Below, one piece after another: positions 55,806-64,000 of a stretch of 64,000 bases of DNA. A program made the translations under genes and the position numbers. Position 1 is the first letter of the stretch; the number at the start of each line of letters is the position of its first letter. Origin of the DNA: a virus; IMG/VR virus record IMGVR_UViG_3300042888_002665; one strand, given 5' to 3'. A model generated the notes under the pieces. The model made no database searches. It was not told where the DNA came from and saw nothing but the letters and a program-made list of their open reading frames with translations.

Positions 55806-56393
55806 TTAAATGAATGGATGTCCGCCTACCCACAGCACTAATGTTTTTCTAGTACCTTTAGTTACTGGTGTGACTCTATGTAAAAGATAACTAGGAAATA
55901 ATAAAACTGTACCTTTTGTTTTAGATAATGTAACTGGATTTGGGCCCGCCATTATTTGGAAATCACCACCTTCATAATCATCAGGATCGGATAATTGAAC
56001 TGTTATACTAACTTTTCGGTGATTTGATCGTCCATGTCCTAAATCTAAATGCCAATCATAATGATTTCCTGTATCGTAGTATTTTGTATATTGGATATCA
56101 TCTAGAATAGAATGCAAGCTAAAATTCCATTTATCTCTATTAGCTAGCATTATTAATTTAGCTATTCTATCATATAGCCATTTACTATCATCATCATGTT
56201 TTATCCAATGTATTTCAGAATTTCGAACTTCATCTTTAATATCTGAACCACCTATTTGAGCTTTTTCTGGAGGATATAATTTTGATAAATTATTTACCCA
56301 CATTATTTCCTCGTCAGTAAATTCTTCGGGGAATATATGATAATCAACTTGATTTATTCCCTCATTTAGGGGAAAAATAGGAGCAATTTCCAT
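55806..56393 (-). CDS. PKHD-type 2OG-Fe(II) hydroxylase
   Basis: WHLD...RKVSITVQLSDPDDYEGGD...FPSYLLHRVTPVTKGTRKTLVLW. Confidence 0.9.
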   Translation of the reverse strand: MEIAPIFPLNEGINQVDYHIFPEEFTDEEIMWVNNLSKLYPPEKAQIGGSDIKDEVRNSEIHWIKHDDDSKWLYDRIAKLIMLANRDKWNFSLHSILDDIQYTKYYDTGNHYDWHLDLGHGRSNHRKVSITVQLSDPDDYEGGDFQIMAGPNPVTLSKTKGTVLLFPSYLLHRVTPVTKGTRKTLVLWVGGHPFI

Positions 56394-56411
56394 AACTATT
56401 TATATAACTTT

Positions 56412-56954
56412 TTAAAATTCAAATGAAAAACCAAACGATAGATTAATACGGAATTTATCGTCTTTGACTTTTTCTGATTCGTGTCTAACTAAACCAGCAT
56501 CACATCTCCATATCATTCGTTCTTCAAATTCAATAATATCACCATCATAAATTGGTCTACCACCTTTACCAGGCTGAGATATGATTAGATTATATCTTAC
56601 TGTATAGTGATCAGCATCTAAATTATCATCATAGTGTGGTTCAACGTATGAGCCTTTACCTACAATTCCAACCCAATCATAATTGACTGGTGCTGGAATT
56701 GGATTTATTATTTTTTCTAATTCTAATAATCGATTCCTTACTTTATGAAATATTTCGGGTTTGTCATCTTCTGGTTTTAATACTAGCAGATGACGCATTA
56801 ATTTATTATCTAATTGGTCGGCTTCATTATTTACAGGAGATGCTAACCCCATTTTATCTTTTATAGATAATGCCCATTGTTCTAATTCAACACGTTCTTT
56901 TTCAGAGATAAAATCTCTATAGCCGTATGTTGTGTCAAATTGTACTCTTTCCAT
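56412..56954 (-). CDS. 2OG-Fe(II) oxygenase-like protein
   Basis: PHYD...GGRP...RHES...RINLSFG. Confidence 0.75.
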   Translation of the reverse strand: MERVQFDTTYGYRDFISEKERVELEQWALSIKDKMGLASPVNNEADQLDNKLMRHLLVLKPEDDKPEIFHKVRNRLLELEKIINPIPAPVNYDWVGIVGKGSYVEPHYDDNLDADHYTVRYNLIISQPGKGGRPIYDGDIIEFEERMIWRCDAGLVRHESEKVKDDKFRINLSFGFSFEF

Positions 56955-56959
56955 ATTAA

Positions 56960-58576
56960 TTAAACTTTAATATATTTGATAAATTCTGCATGGTCTATTA
57001 ATGTTTTAACATTTAAATGCATATTCAATAAGTAATTTCTTATCTGTGAATTTGATGAATCTCTCCTAGCGTCACTATAAATTGAATTAATAGTTTTAAA
57101 AGCAACATGAGCATCAAATAAACCAACTCCATATGCTACCGGATAAAAACTAGCATTACTGTATGCTTGGTTTATATCATATATAAAATCTTTATCTAAC
57201 ATTGCTTTTTTGCAATTATCAATCAATTTCTGAATGTTTTCTGTTGGTTTATTTTTTTGTTTAAATTCTTTCCAAAAATCACTATCATCACGTGTTGTGT
57301 AGTAATGTAAGTAAATGAAATCCTTAGTATCATCCTGGAATCTATTCATTTTAGCATTGTATCGATCAATATAGAATTGATTTTTTTCAATTGCACCTAA
57401 ATTATTAGCTAGATATTGTTTTAAAGCAGTAGTACTTGTCCAAAGTGATGTTGCTTCTAATGGTTCAACAAATCCAGATGATAATCCAACGGCAATACAA
57501 TTCTTTACCCAACTTTCTTTATATCTGCCTGGATCGAATTTAAATGTATTTCCGAATTCAACATCATCACCATACATTTCACGAATTTCGGCTTTAGCTT
57601 GTTCATCATCAATATAATCTGAATCGAATACATATCCACATCCATATCTTGTTTGAACTGGGATTTGCCACATCCAACCGTATTTTAATGCTTTTGCTTC
57701 TGTATATGGAGGGATTTCATCTTCATTAATTAATAAGAAGAACGGTAATGCGCGTTTCATTGGTAAATGATCTGAATATGATATCCACTCTGTATTGAAG
57801 TGTTTACCAATAATCTCACGTGCAAATCCAGTACAATCGAATACAAAATTACATGTTAATTTATCGCCACGTTCTGTTAGAATTGATGTAATAAATCCAT
57901 CATCATCTGATTCTATACCTGCTATTTTAGAATCAATATATTTGATTCCACGGTACATTGATGTTTTCTTTAGAAATTTAGCTAATAATCTAGCATCAAA
58001 ATGTAATCCATAATTAGATAATTCATTAAAATGATATAATGGATCTTCGCCTTTTGAATTTATTGATAAATTTGGAGAGAAATTAACTAAATTTCTTAAT
58101 GATGATTGTGCACTAAACATAACATCATCTAATGATTCTCCTTTAGCTATTTGCTCAAGAGCTAAAGTTGATATTCCATTATCATCTATATCAAGTGCTT
58201 TAAATAAATTTAAATCGTAGTTTTCCCAAAATCCATGGAAATATGATGTATCATCACCTTTCCAATCGGTAAATTTAATACCGTTTTTGAAAGTACCATT
58301 TGCGTGTTTGATTATTTCATTAACAGATATACCTACTTTATTTAAAAAACTAACAAAGTGAGGTGTTGTACCTTCTCCAGCACCTAAAATGCCAATTTCT
58401 TCACTAGCAATAACTGTTATATTTGCCCATGGGTAATAGGCTTTCATATGCAATGCTGTCATCCAACCTGCAGTACCTCCTCCAACTACAACAAAACTAA
58501 ATTTCTTTTGTTCGGAATCTTGTTTGTATCCACTAATGTTAGGTCCGATTGGGCCAATTGATTCTTTATTTTCCAT
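56960..58576 (-). CDS. Flavin-dependent tryptophan-halogenase-like protein
   Basis: VGGGTAGW, GAGEGTTP, ATFK-like GTFKNGIKF, WMWQIP (WxWxIP) and FVEPLEATS. Confidence 0.9.
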   Translation of the reverse strand: MENKESIGPIGPNISGYKQDSEQKKFSFVVVGGGTAGWMTALHMKAYYPWANITVIASEEIGILGAGEGTTPHFVSFLNKVGISVNEIIKHANGTFKNGIKFTDWKGDDTSYFHGFWENYDLNLFKALDIDDNGISTLALEQIAKGESLDDVMFSAQSSLRNLVNFSPNLSINSKGEDPLYHFNELSNYGLHFDARLLAKFLKKTSMYRGIKYIDSKIAGIESDDDGFITSILTERGDKLTCNFVFDCTGFAREIIGKHFNTEWISYSDHLPMKRALPFFLLINEDEIPPYTEAKALKYGWMWQIPVQTRYGCGYVFDSDYIDDEQAKAEIREMYGDDVEFGNTFKFDPGRYKESWVKNCIAVGLSSGFVEPLEATSLWTSTTALKQYLANNLGAIEKNQFYIDRYNAKMNRFQDDTKDFIYLHYYTTRDDSDFWKEFKQKNKPTENIQKLIDNCKKAMLDKDFIYDINQAYSNASFYPVAYGVGLFDAHVAFKTINSIYSDARRDSSNSQIRNYLLNMHLNVKTLIDHAEFIKYIKV

Positions 58577-58598
58577 AACTTAATTTATAATATATTTT

Positions 58599-59060
58599 TT
58601 ATATAACCATTCTTGGATCAAATGGGGCATTATTAATGTCACTTGGTATTTCAATAAATTCCCAAGATACTTGCTCTTCATTCCAAATATAGGCATGTGT
58701 TTCGTGTGTATATCCTTCAGGTAAATCTGGGTAAGAAATTGGAGGTCCCCAAGTATAATTTTCTTTATTTAAAATAAATGATGGGTGTCCTAACGGTTGG
58801 GGTGGATAAAATGCATCACCTTCAGGATCGTAATGTCCTCCAATCACAGCATGGTTCATTCTTATTGATATACCATTATCAGGTTCTCCATTTTCATCAT
58901 AATGAATTCCTGCTCTTGTATTAAATGAGGTTTGTTTCCAAGTACCTCCTAAATTTAAATCTACTGCTAAATATTCTTGTCCACGATGTTCTTGTGAATC
59001 AGGAACTTTTAAAATATTGACAACAATATTATTTTCATTTATTTCTGCAAAAGTAGCCAT
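58599..59060 (-). CDS. Fibre-associated small protein
   Basis: FAEINENNIV, WKQTSFN, R.N.A.IG..YD...DAFYPPQP; follows a Gly-rich fibre gene. Confidence 0.65.
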   Translation of the reverse strand: MATFAEINENNIVVNILKVPDSQEHRGQEYLAVDLNLGGTWKQTSFNTRAGIHYDENGEPDNGISIRMNHAVIGGHYDPEGDAFYPPQPLGHPSFILNKENYTWGPPISYPDLPEGYTHETHAYIWNEEQVSWEFIEIPSDINNAPFDPRMVI

Positions 59061-59066
59061 AATAAA

Positions 59067-60110
59067 TTATCGTTGGTATGTTGTAAAATTAACTGAACTT
59101 CTTATTTCATGGTATATATATCCACCACTTGCCCATGCATTACCTGCTGAGAATTTTTGTGGTGATGGGTATCTTAATCTGATAACTCCTCCACCTCCAC
59201 CAGCTCCTGGTCCCCAAGGTGATGCAATGTTATTCCATGATCCCCACTGAAGTGCTTGGCCTCCGCCTCCGCCACCACCACCGTAGTCTCCACCATTAGC
59301 ATTATGATCTCCACCACCACCTGATCCACCATACGAATCAGTAAATGAACGAAGTGAACTATTTTCTTGCCAATTACCTCCACCACCACCAGCACTAAAA
59401 TTTAAACTAAAATCTCCATTATAAACGCTAGGACCACCGTATGTTCTATTAGCATTTGATGGACTATCCCACGTTGAATTATGCCCGGGTTCACTGTGTC
59501 CACTAAATCCTACCCAACCACCAGTAGCACCTGCTCCACCTCCACCAGATCCACGATAGTGATCTCCTGGGTAGCCTGGATAGCCTTGCCCACTAACACC
59601 TGATCCAACTCCTGTTATCCCACATCCTTGGCCTGTACTTCCACCTCCCGATCCACCTGGTCGTCCTCCTGCTTTATCAGTACATTGATCATTTACTCCG
59701 GTACCACTTCTTCCAGCTCCTCCACCACCACCCGAAACGCTATATCCAAAAATTGAAGCCCCACCACCATCACCACCTGCACCTCTTCCCCATAAATCAG
59801 CACCTCCACCTCCACCACCAACAGTAGCGTTATAGTTAGTTCCTCTACGGATTGTTACGTTAGTAGTACCAAGGTATCCACCTCCACCACCTCCACCACC
59901 ACCGTAGAATCCGCCTCCACCACCACCAGCAGACATAGCAAATTGAACATCATAAATGTCAAAATAACCATAGAATTCACTCATGGATTGATTAGGTGCG
60001 TAGTCTCCGGCTGTATTAGCTAATGAAGTTAGTGAATATGAACTATCTCTATTAATTAATTCTGCACGAATTTGGGCTATTGTGATTGCACCTGAACTCT
60101 GTAATACCAT
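59067..60110 (-). CDS. Glycine-rich tail fibre / adhesin
   Basis: MVLQSSGAIT N-terminus; repeated GGGGG and SGGG..G motifs (polyglycine-II type). Confidence 0.75.
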   Translation of the reverse strand: MVLQSSGAITIAQIRAELINRDSSYSLTSLANTAGDYAPNQSMSEFYGYFDIYDVQFAMSAGGGGGGFYGGGGGGGGGYLGTTNVTIRRGTNYNATVGGGGGGADLWGRGAGGDGGGASIFGYSVSGGGGGAGRSGTGVNDQCTDKAGGRPGGSGGGSTGQGCGITGVGSGVSGQGYPGYPGDHYRGSGGGGAGATGGWVGFSGHSEPGHNSTWDSPSNANRTYGGPSVYNGDFSLNFSAGGGGGNWQENSSLRSFTDSYGGSGGGGDHNANGGDYGGGGGGGGQALQWGSWNNIASPWGPGAGGGGGVIRLRYPSPQKFSAGNAWASGGYIYHEIRSSVNFTTYQR

Positions 60111-60146
60111 AATACTATATAATAACTAATAATGATAATTAAGAAA

Positions 60147-61406
60147 CTATTTATTTTCTAATATAGATATTCTATTTTTTAATTCTTCGATTTGAGTTTG
60201 TTGTTCTTTCATACCTTCTATAAGTAATGGAACAATTTTTTCATAATGAACAGTTAAATAATCCTTTCCAGATTTACTACTATCCCCCTTAAGAGGATCT
60301 CTATCGAATGGAGCATATGCTACAGCTTCAGGACATACTGCTTGAATTTCTTGAGCAAGAACCCCGACATCATATTCGTTAGGATAGAAACCCCACTTAT
60401 TACATTCGATTAGATCCCAATCATAATTTACACCATTTATCTTTAATATTTTATCTAAAGCATCGGGTATATTTTTGATGTTTTTCTTTAATCTTTTATC
60501 TGAAGAGTATGCTGTAACGTTACCTGTGTTTAATTGGTTACCCGAACCATCCCAATATACTCTCCATGTTGAGTTATTATAGTAGAATCCAGATGCACCT
60601 GAGTTCATCATTAACGTACCGGATACACCTGAAAATGATATACCTGCGTAGCTATTTGTTGTACCTGATACACCGATTGATCCATATGAGCCGTAGTCAA
60701 CACCATTTGGTGAAATTCTACCACTAGGACCTGTAGCTCCTGTAGTACCTTGGGCACCAGCCCCACCATTAGTTCCAGTAGTGCCTTGAGCACCTGTTGT
60801 TCCTTGTCTGCCTTGTATGCCTTGAGCTCCTGTTGCGCCTTGAGATCCTGCTGCTCCTTGGGCACCAGTAGCACCTTGTGCTCCATCAACCCCAATAGTA
60901 CCGTTTGTACCAGTAGTTCCTTGTGTACCTTGAGCACCGTTTGAACCATTAGTACCCTGAGTACCAGTAGTACCTTGTAAACTTAAATTTGAACGGAATC
61001 TAATATTACCCGATGTATCAGCAACTAATATATTAGTTTCGGTTGTACCTACCGATACACTAGGAATAGCTAATGATCCAGTTATTGAAACTGAACCAGT
61101 AAATTCGTGTGTATTTGTTAAATCTGATCCATTACGAGTAGATCCAGTAACAAAATCGATTGATGATGTTATTGTCTGCGCTACAATTGTCTGCGCAGTT
61201 AATGTACCTCTTACCGTAAAGTTATCAGCGGATGATGCAGTAGAAGCAAATGATGAACTTAAAGACGTTAGCGACGATGTTTGATTTGCTAATACAACTT
61301 CAATTCCATTTAATGAAATACCGGATCCGGTTATTGATAATGAACCAGAAATCACAACGTTATTTTTCGCAATTATACCATTGCGCGATACAAATTCATT
61401 TGCCAT
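60147..61406 (-). CDS. Collagen-like tail fibre with C-terminal intramolecular chaperone (peptidase S74)
   Basis: GAQGTT repeats; [17 protein letters not shown] and [16 protein letters not shown]. Confidence 0.88.
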   Translation of the reverse strand: MANEFVSRNGIIAKNNVVISGSLSITGSGISLNGIEVVLANQTSSLTSLSSSFASTASSADNFTVRGTLTAQTIVAQTITSSIDFVTGSTRNGSDLTNTHEFTGSVSITGSLAIPSVSVGTTETNILVADTSGNIRFRSNLSLQGTTGTQGTNGSNGAQGTQGTTGTNGTIGVDGAQGATGAQGAAGSQGATGAQGIQGRQGTTGAQGTTGTNGGAGAQGTTGATGPSGRISPNGVDYGSYGSIGVSGTTNSYAGISFSGVSGTLMMNSGASGFYYNNSTWRVYWDGSGNQLNTGNVTAYSSDKRLKKNIKNIPDALDKILKINGVNYDWDLIECNKWGFYPNEYDVGVLAQEIQAVCPEAVAYAPFDRDPLKGDSSKSGKDYLTVHYEKIVPLLIEGMKEQQTQIEELKNRISILENK

Positions 61407-61412
61407 ATTATT

Positions 61413-61436
61413 ACTTTAGTTCACTGTCCCTAAAGT
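61413..61436 (-). promoter_or_regulatory. 5' leader hairpin of the fibre gene
   Basis: ACTTTAG-GGACAGTGAA-CTAAAGT, between the promoter motif (61445-61452) and the ATG (61406). Confidence 0.5.
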
Positions 61437-61458
61437 GGGTCGTTTATAAATATTATAC

Positions 61459-61626
61459 TTAGGCGACTCTGTATGTTCTGCCTTCAGTATCGGATGAAGT
61501 TAATTCATCGGCTTTAGCTTGTGCTTCAGCTTCTGTTTCGAATGTGAAGATTGGATCTTCGGGTGTTAATTGTTGAACCCAAATTGAATCGTTACCTGGA
61601 ATAAATTGTTTTTGTATTGTATACAT
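61459..61626 (-). CDS. Small hypothetical protein (55 aa)
   Basis: MYTIQKQFIPGNDSIWVQQLTPEDPIFTFETEAEAQAKADELTSSDTEGRTYRVA; below track cutoff. Confidence 0.7.
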   Translation of the reverse strand: MYTIQKQFIPGNDSIWVQQLTPEDPIFTFETEAEAQAKADELTSSDTEGRTYRVA

Positions 61627-61630
61627 GTTA

Positions 61631-61897
61631 TTATAAATTTTCTACTGTTGAATTATCTGTTTTATATTTAGCTGTTTGAATCCATCCATTCGAATACGCA
61701 GCAGCTACTATTTCTTCTCTAGATCCAGGTATTGTTTGGTTAGCTTCTAGAAATTTGTCTACGGCTAATTTAACGATGTCTTCAATTGCTAATCTAGCTC
61801 TTTCTTTAAATGCGCTTTCCACCCATTCTTGTGGATCGTAAGCAACATATTCCATTGCTGCTTTTTCTGTGTCTGTTAATGTTATTGTATATTCCAT
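61631..61897 (-). CDS. Hypothetical fibre-associated protein
   Basis: YTITLTDTEKAAMEYVAYDPQEWV...ERARLAI; follows a fibre gene. Confidence 0.7.
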   Translation of the reverse strand: MEYTITLTDTEKAAMEYVAYDPQEWVESAFKERARLAIEDIVKLAVDKFLEANQTIPGSREEIVAAAYSNGWIQTAKYKTDNSTVENL

Positions 61898-61908
61898 ATT
61901 TTATTTTT

Positions 61909-63576
61909 TTATCCTATTAAAGTTCCACAAAAATATCCTAAGTTTTCACCGTAATACCAATCAGAAGAGGAAGTTCCAGCTACGTGTATCCAAGCAGTTA
62001 CGTAATCATTTGCTGATAAGCTTAAGATAGCTTTTACTGAAATTTGAGCATGTCCATTATTTCCTACACCAAAATTAATATATCCCATTCCTCTAGCATT
62101 TATATTAGCTCCATTAAGACCTATTGATATTTCTCCAGCATTTACTGCAGTGCCTTGTCTCCACAATGCACTAAAAATAAATTCATAAACACCAGCTATT
62201 GGAGCTGTAAATCTACCATTGGATGTATTATAATGACTACCTCTATTTACTCTAGTTGAATTAAATCCGGTAAAAGCACCTGTAGTTGCTGTACCAGCAC
62301 CAGCAGTATAATAAGCATAAAATGCTGGTTGGTATGGTAATGTAATATATCCATCTTTTGTAATTCTTACCCTTTCCGTTGAAGTTGTACCATTCGTACT
62401 TGTATTGAATCTAAATTGAGGTCCTGAAAAAGCAGTATCAATAGCTGTAAAATTAGCTATACCACTTTCATAATTCATAACAATATATTGTCCAGCTTGT
62501 TCACTTCTTGTAAGTTTTATTCCACTTGTTAGTTCACTTGATGAATTGCCAATAATATGAATTTGAGCACTTGGAGAAGTCGTTCCTATACCAACATTAC
62601 CATCACCACTTATTCTAACCACTTCACCAATAGTTGATGCATTCCAACAAGATATTGCTGCATATCCTTTACCATTACCTTGCAATCCACCCCCAAATCT
62701 TGCCCATCCATATTGATTTGTATTATTTATAATAGTTAATGAAGGTGTATCACTATTTCCGGTTGCTTGAATTTTAATACCATCACTTCCAGATATATGG
62801 AGTCTTACATCAGGTAAAGTAGTTCCAATACCTACGTTGCCAGCAGAGGTAATAGTTAATGCCGTACCAAAACCTGATACATCTAATAATATTGAGGAAG
62901 ATGGAGCATACCACCCACCAGCATAAACAGAAGTATCTCTTCTATTAATGCTATATCCAGCACTTGCTCCTGTTGTTACAATACCTCCATTTACTGTGTG
63001 TGATCCACTCATCAACACCGAACCAGTAAACTGATGTGTATTTCCAGCAATTGATCCATTTCTAGTACTACCAGTAACAAATTCCACGGATGATGTTACC
63101 GTCTGTACTACTAACGTTTGAGCGGTAATAGTACCATTTGATGTAATTGAACCTGATATGGATTGATTACCATTAAATTGATTTGAGCCAGTTGACGCGT
63201 ATGATCCCGTTACTGACTGTAAATTATTTACACTCGATGTAGACGCGAATGATCCCGTTACAGATTCAATCGTATTTAATCGCGTAGTAGCGCTTGATGT
63301 GAATGTATTAATTGATGAACTATATGCATCAAATGATGATGTTGAAGTGTATGAGCCAGTTTTGGACTGTAGTTCATTTACACTTGATGTAGACGCATAC
63401 GAGCCAGTTTTGGACTGTAGTTCATTTACACTTGATGTGGTAGCAAATGATCCGGTTTTAATAACTACCGCATCAACTGATGCTGTAGTAGCAAAACTAG
63501 ACACATTAGTGATTCCGGATACATCGGTATTATTGAATTGGACTGAACCTGTAATTTCGGCGCTATGTATTAACAT
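61909..63576 (-). CDS. Tail fibre with C-terminal C1q-like domain
   Basis: TGS repeats and GNVGIGTT repeats; PAFYA...YNTSNGRFTAPIAGVYEF...LSANDYV...YFCGTLIG. Confidence 0.82.
   Translation of the reverse strand: MLIHSAEITGSVQFNNTDVSGITNVSSFATTASVDAVVIKTGSFATTSSVNELQSKTGSYASTSSVNELQSKTGSYTSTSSFDAYSSSINTFTSSATTRLNTIESVTGSFASTSSVNNLQSVTGSYASTGSNQFNGNQSISGSITSNGTITAQTLVVQTVTSSVEFVTGSTRNGSIAGNTHQFTGSVLMSGSHTVNGGIVTTGASAGYSINRRDTSVYAGGWYAPSSSILLDVSGFGTALTITSAGNVGIGTTLPDVRLHISGSDGIKIQATGNSDTPSLTIINNTNQYGWARFGGGLQGNGKGYAAISCWNASTIGEVVRISGDGNVGIGTTSPSAQIHIIGNSSSELTSGIKLTRSEQAGQYIVMNYESGIANFTAIDTAFSGPQFRFNTSTNGTTSTERVRITKDGYITLPYQPAFYAYYTAGAGTATTGAFTGFNSTRVNRGSHYNTSNGRFTAPIAGVYEFIFSALWRQGTAVNAGEISIGLNGANINARGMGYINFGVGNNGHAQISVKAILSLSANDYVTAWIHVAGTSSSDWYYGENLGYFCGTLIG
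63353..63438. repeat. 48-nt-period direct repeat inside a fibre gene
   Basis: 38 identical nt at 63353-63390 and 63401-63438, encoding TSSVNELQSKTGS. Confidence 0.85.
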
Positions 63577-64000
63577 TTATTGTATATTATTACGTTGTAG
63601 TATTTCTTTTAATGTATCGTTTTCTGCTGATAGTTCTTGGATTGCTTTAACTAGAACTGGTATTAATGCTCCTGGTCCTACTGTTTTATAAGTAATTTCA
63701 TCATTATCGTCTTTCCACTCACTTACTGCATCTGGGAATATTTCTTCTACTTCTTGTGCAATAAATCCAAGTTGGTTTTTCTTACCTTGGTTAAATTCGT
63801 CTTTAAAGTCAAATCTAACTGGTCTTAATGCTGTTATTACATCTAAACCTTGTTCACTATTTGTAATGTTTTCTTTTGTACGAATATCTGATATAGATTG
63901 AACTGAGGTATTAGTTGCATAAATAACACCCTCTGTAAATCTGACCTGTTGTGTTAATATTCCTGGTTGTTTTTTATAAAATCTAAAGTCAGCTCCATAT
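63577..64000 (-). CDS. C-terminus of a tail fibre with a peptidase S74 chaperone (partial)
   Basis: Manual translation: ...SDIRTKENI...LRPVRFDF...GFIAQEVEEIFP...LIPVLVKAIQEL; open to the window edge. Confidence 0.85.
   Translation of the reverse strand, partial: YGADFRFYKKQPGILTQQVRFTEGVIYATNTSVQSISDIRTKENITNSEQGLDVITALRPVRFDFKDEFNQGKKNQLGFIAQEVEEIFPDAVSEWKDDNDEITYKTVGPGALIPVLVKAIQELSAENDTLKEILQRNNIQ

Noticed and set aside
1-64000. Stop-codon reassignment (TAG or TGA) or a suppressor tRNA
   Set aside because: Conserved genes are full length in the standard code, several genes end in TAG or TGA, and the tRNA-Trp anticodon is CCA.
1-64000. CRISPR array, integrase, transposase or reverse transcriptase/DGR
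   Set aside because: No repeat-spacer periodicity outside coding repeats, and no such motifs in any ORF. The shared fibre patches do not show adenine-specific TR/VR differences.

Overview
This window is a 64 kb segment of a large lytic, T4-like contractile-tailed dsDNA phage. Virtually every gene is on the minus strand and the standard genetic code is used. A Bacteroidota host is inferred from signal peptides ending in A|Q, A-rich start regions without Shine-Dalgarno sequences, and TTTG-N20-TAnnTTTA promoter-like boxes. From right to left (the direction of transcription) the window holds: tail-fibre genes; an island of tailoring enzymes (Trp-halogenase-like, five 2OG-Fe(II) oxygenases, a glycosidase, a TPR-methyltransferase); sheath, tube, tail chaperone with a programmed frameshift, tape measure and baseplate; replication genes (PolA-like, gp32-like SSB, UvsX, 5'-3' exonuclease, helicase, Trx, NrdAB); a 7-deazaguanine DNA-modification module (TGT/DpdA-like, queD, queC, queE, with folE 17 kb away); heme oxygenase plus bilin reductase; thyA; five tRNAs; a block of secreted and outer-membrane proteins (CsgG-like, beta-barrels, cohesin/dockerin-like) around a GH19 endolysin; and glycosyltransferases. 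The most striking unannotated signal is a candidate ribosome-dependent attenuator in front of the tRNA operon. A 20-codon leader (MKTTSTYCNSTWQETARIGV) is rich in codons for exactly the five downstream tRNAs (Trp, Cys, Ser, Thr, Glu) and is followed by mutually exclusive antiterminator and terminator helices. A second unannotated signal is a compact H-type pseudoknot in the queC leader. All family assignments come from motifs read by eye; no database searches were run.
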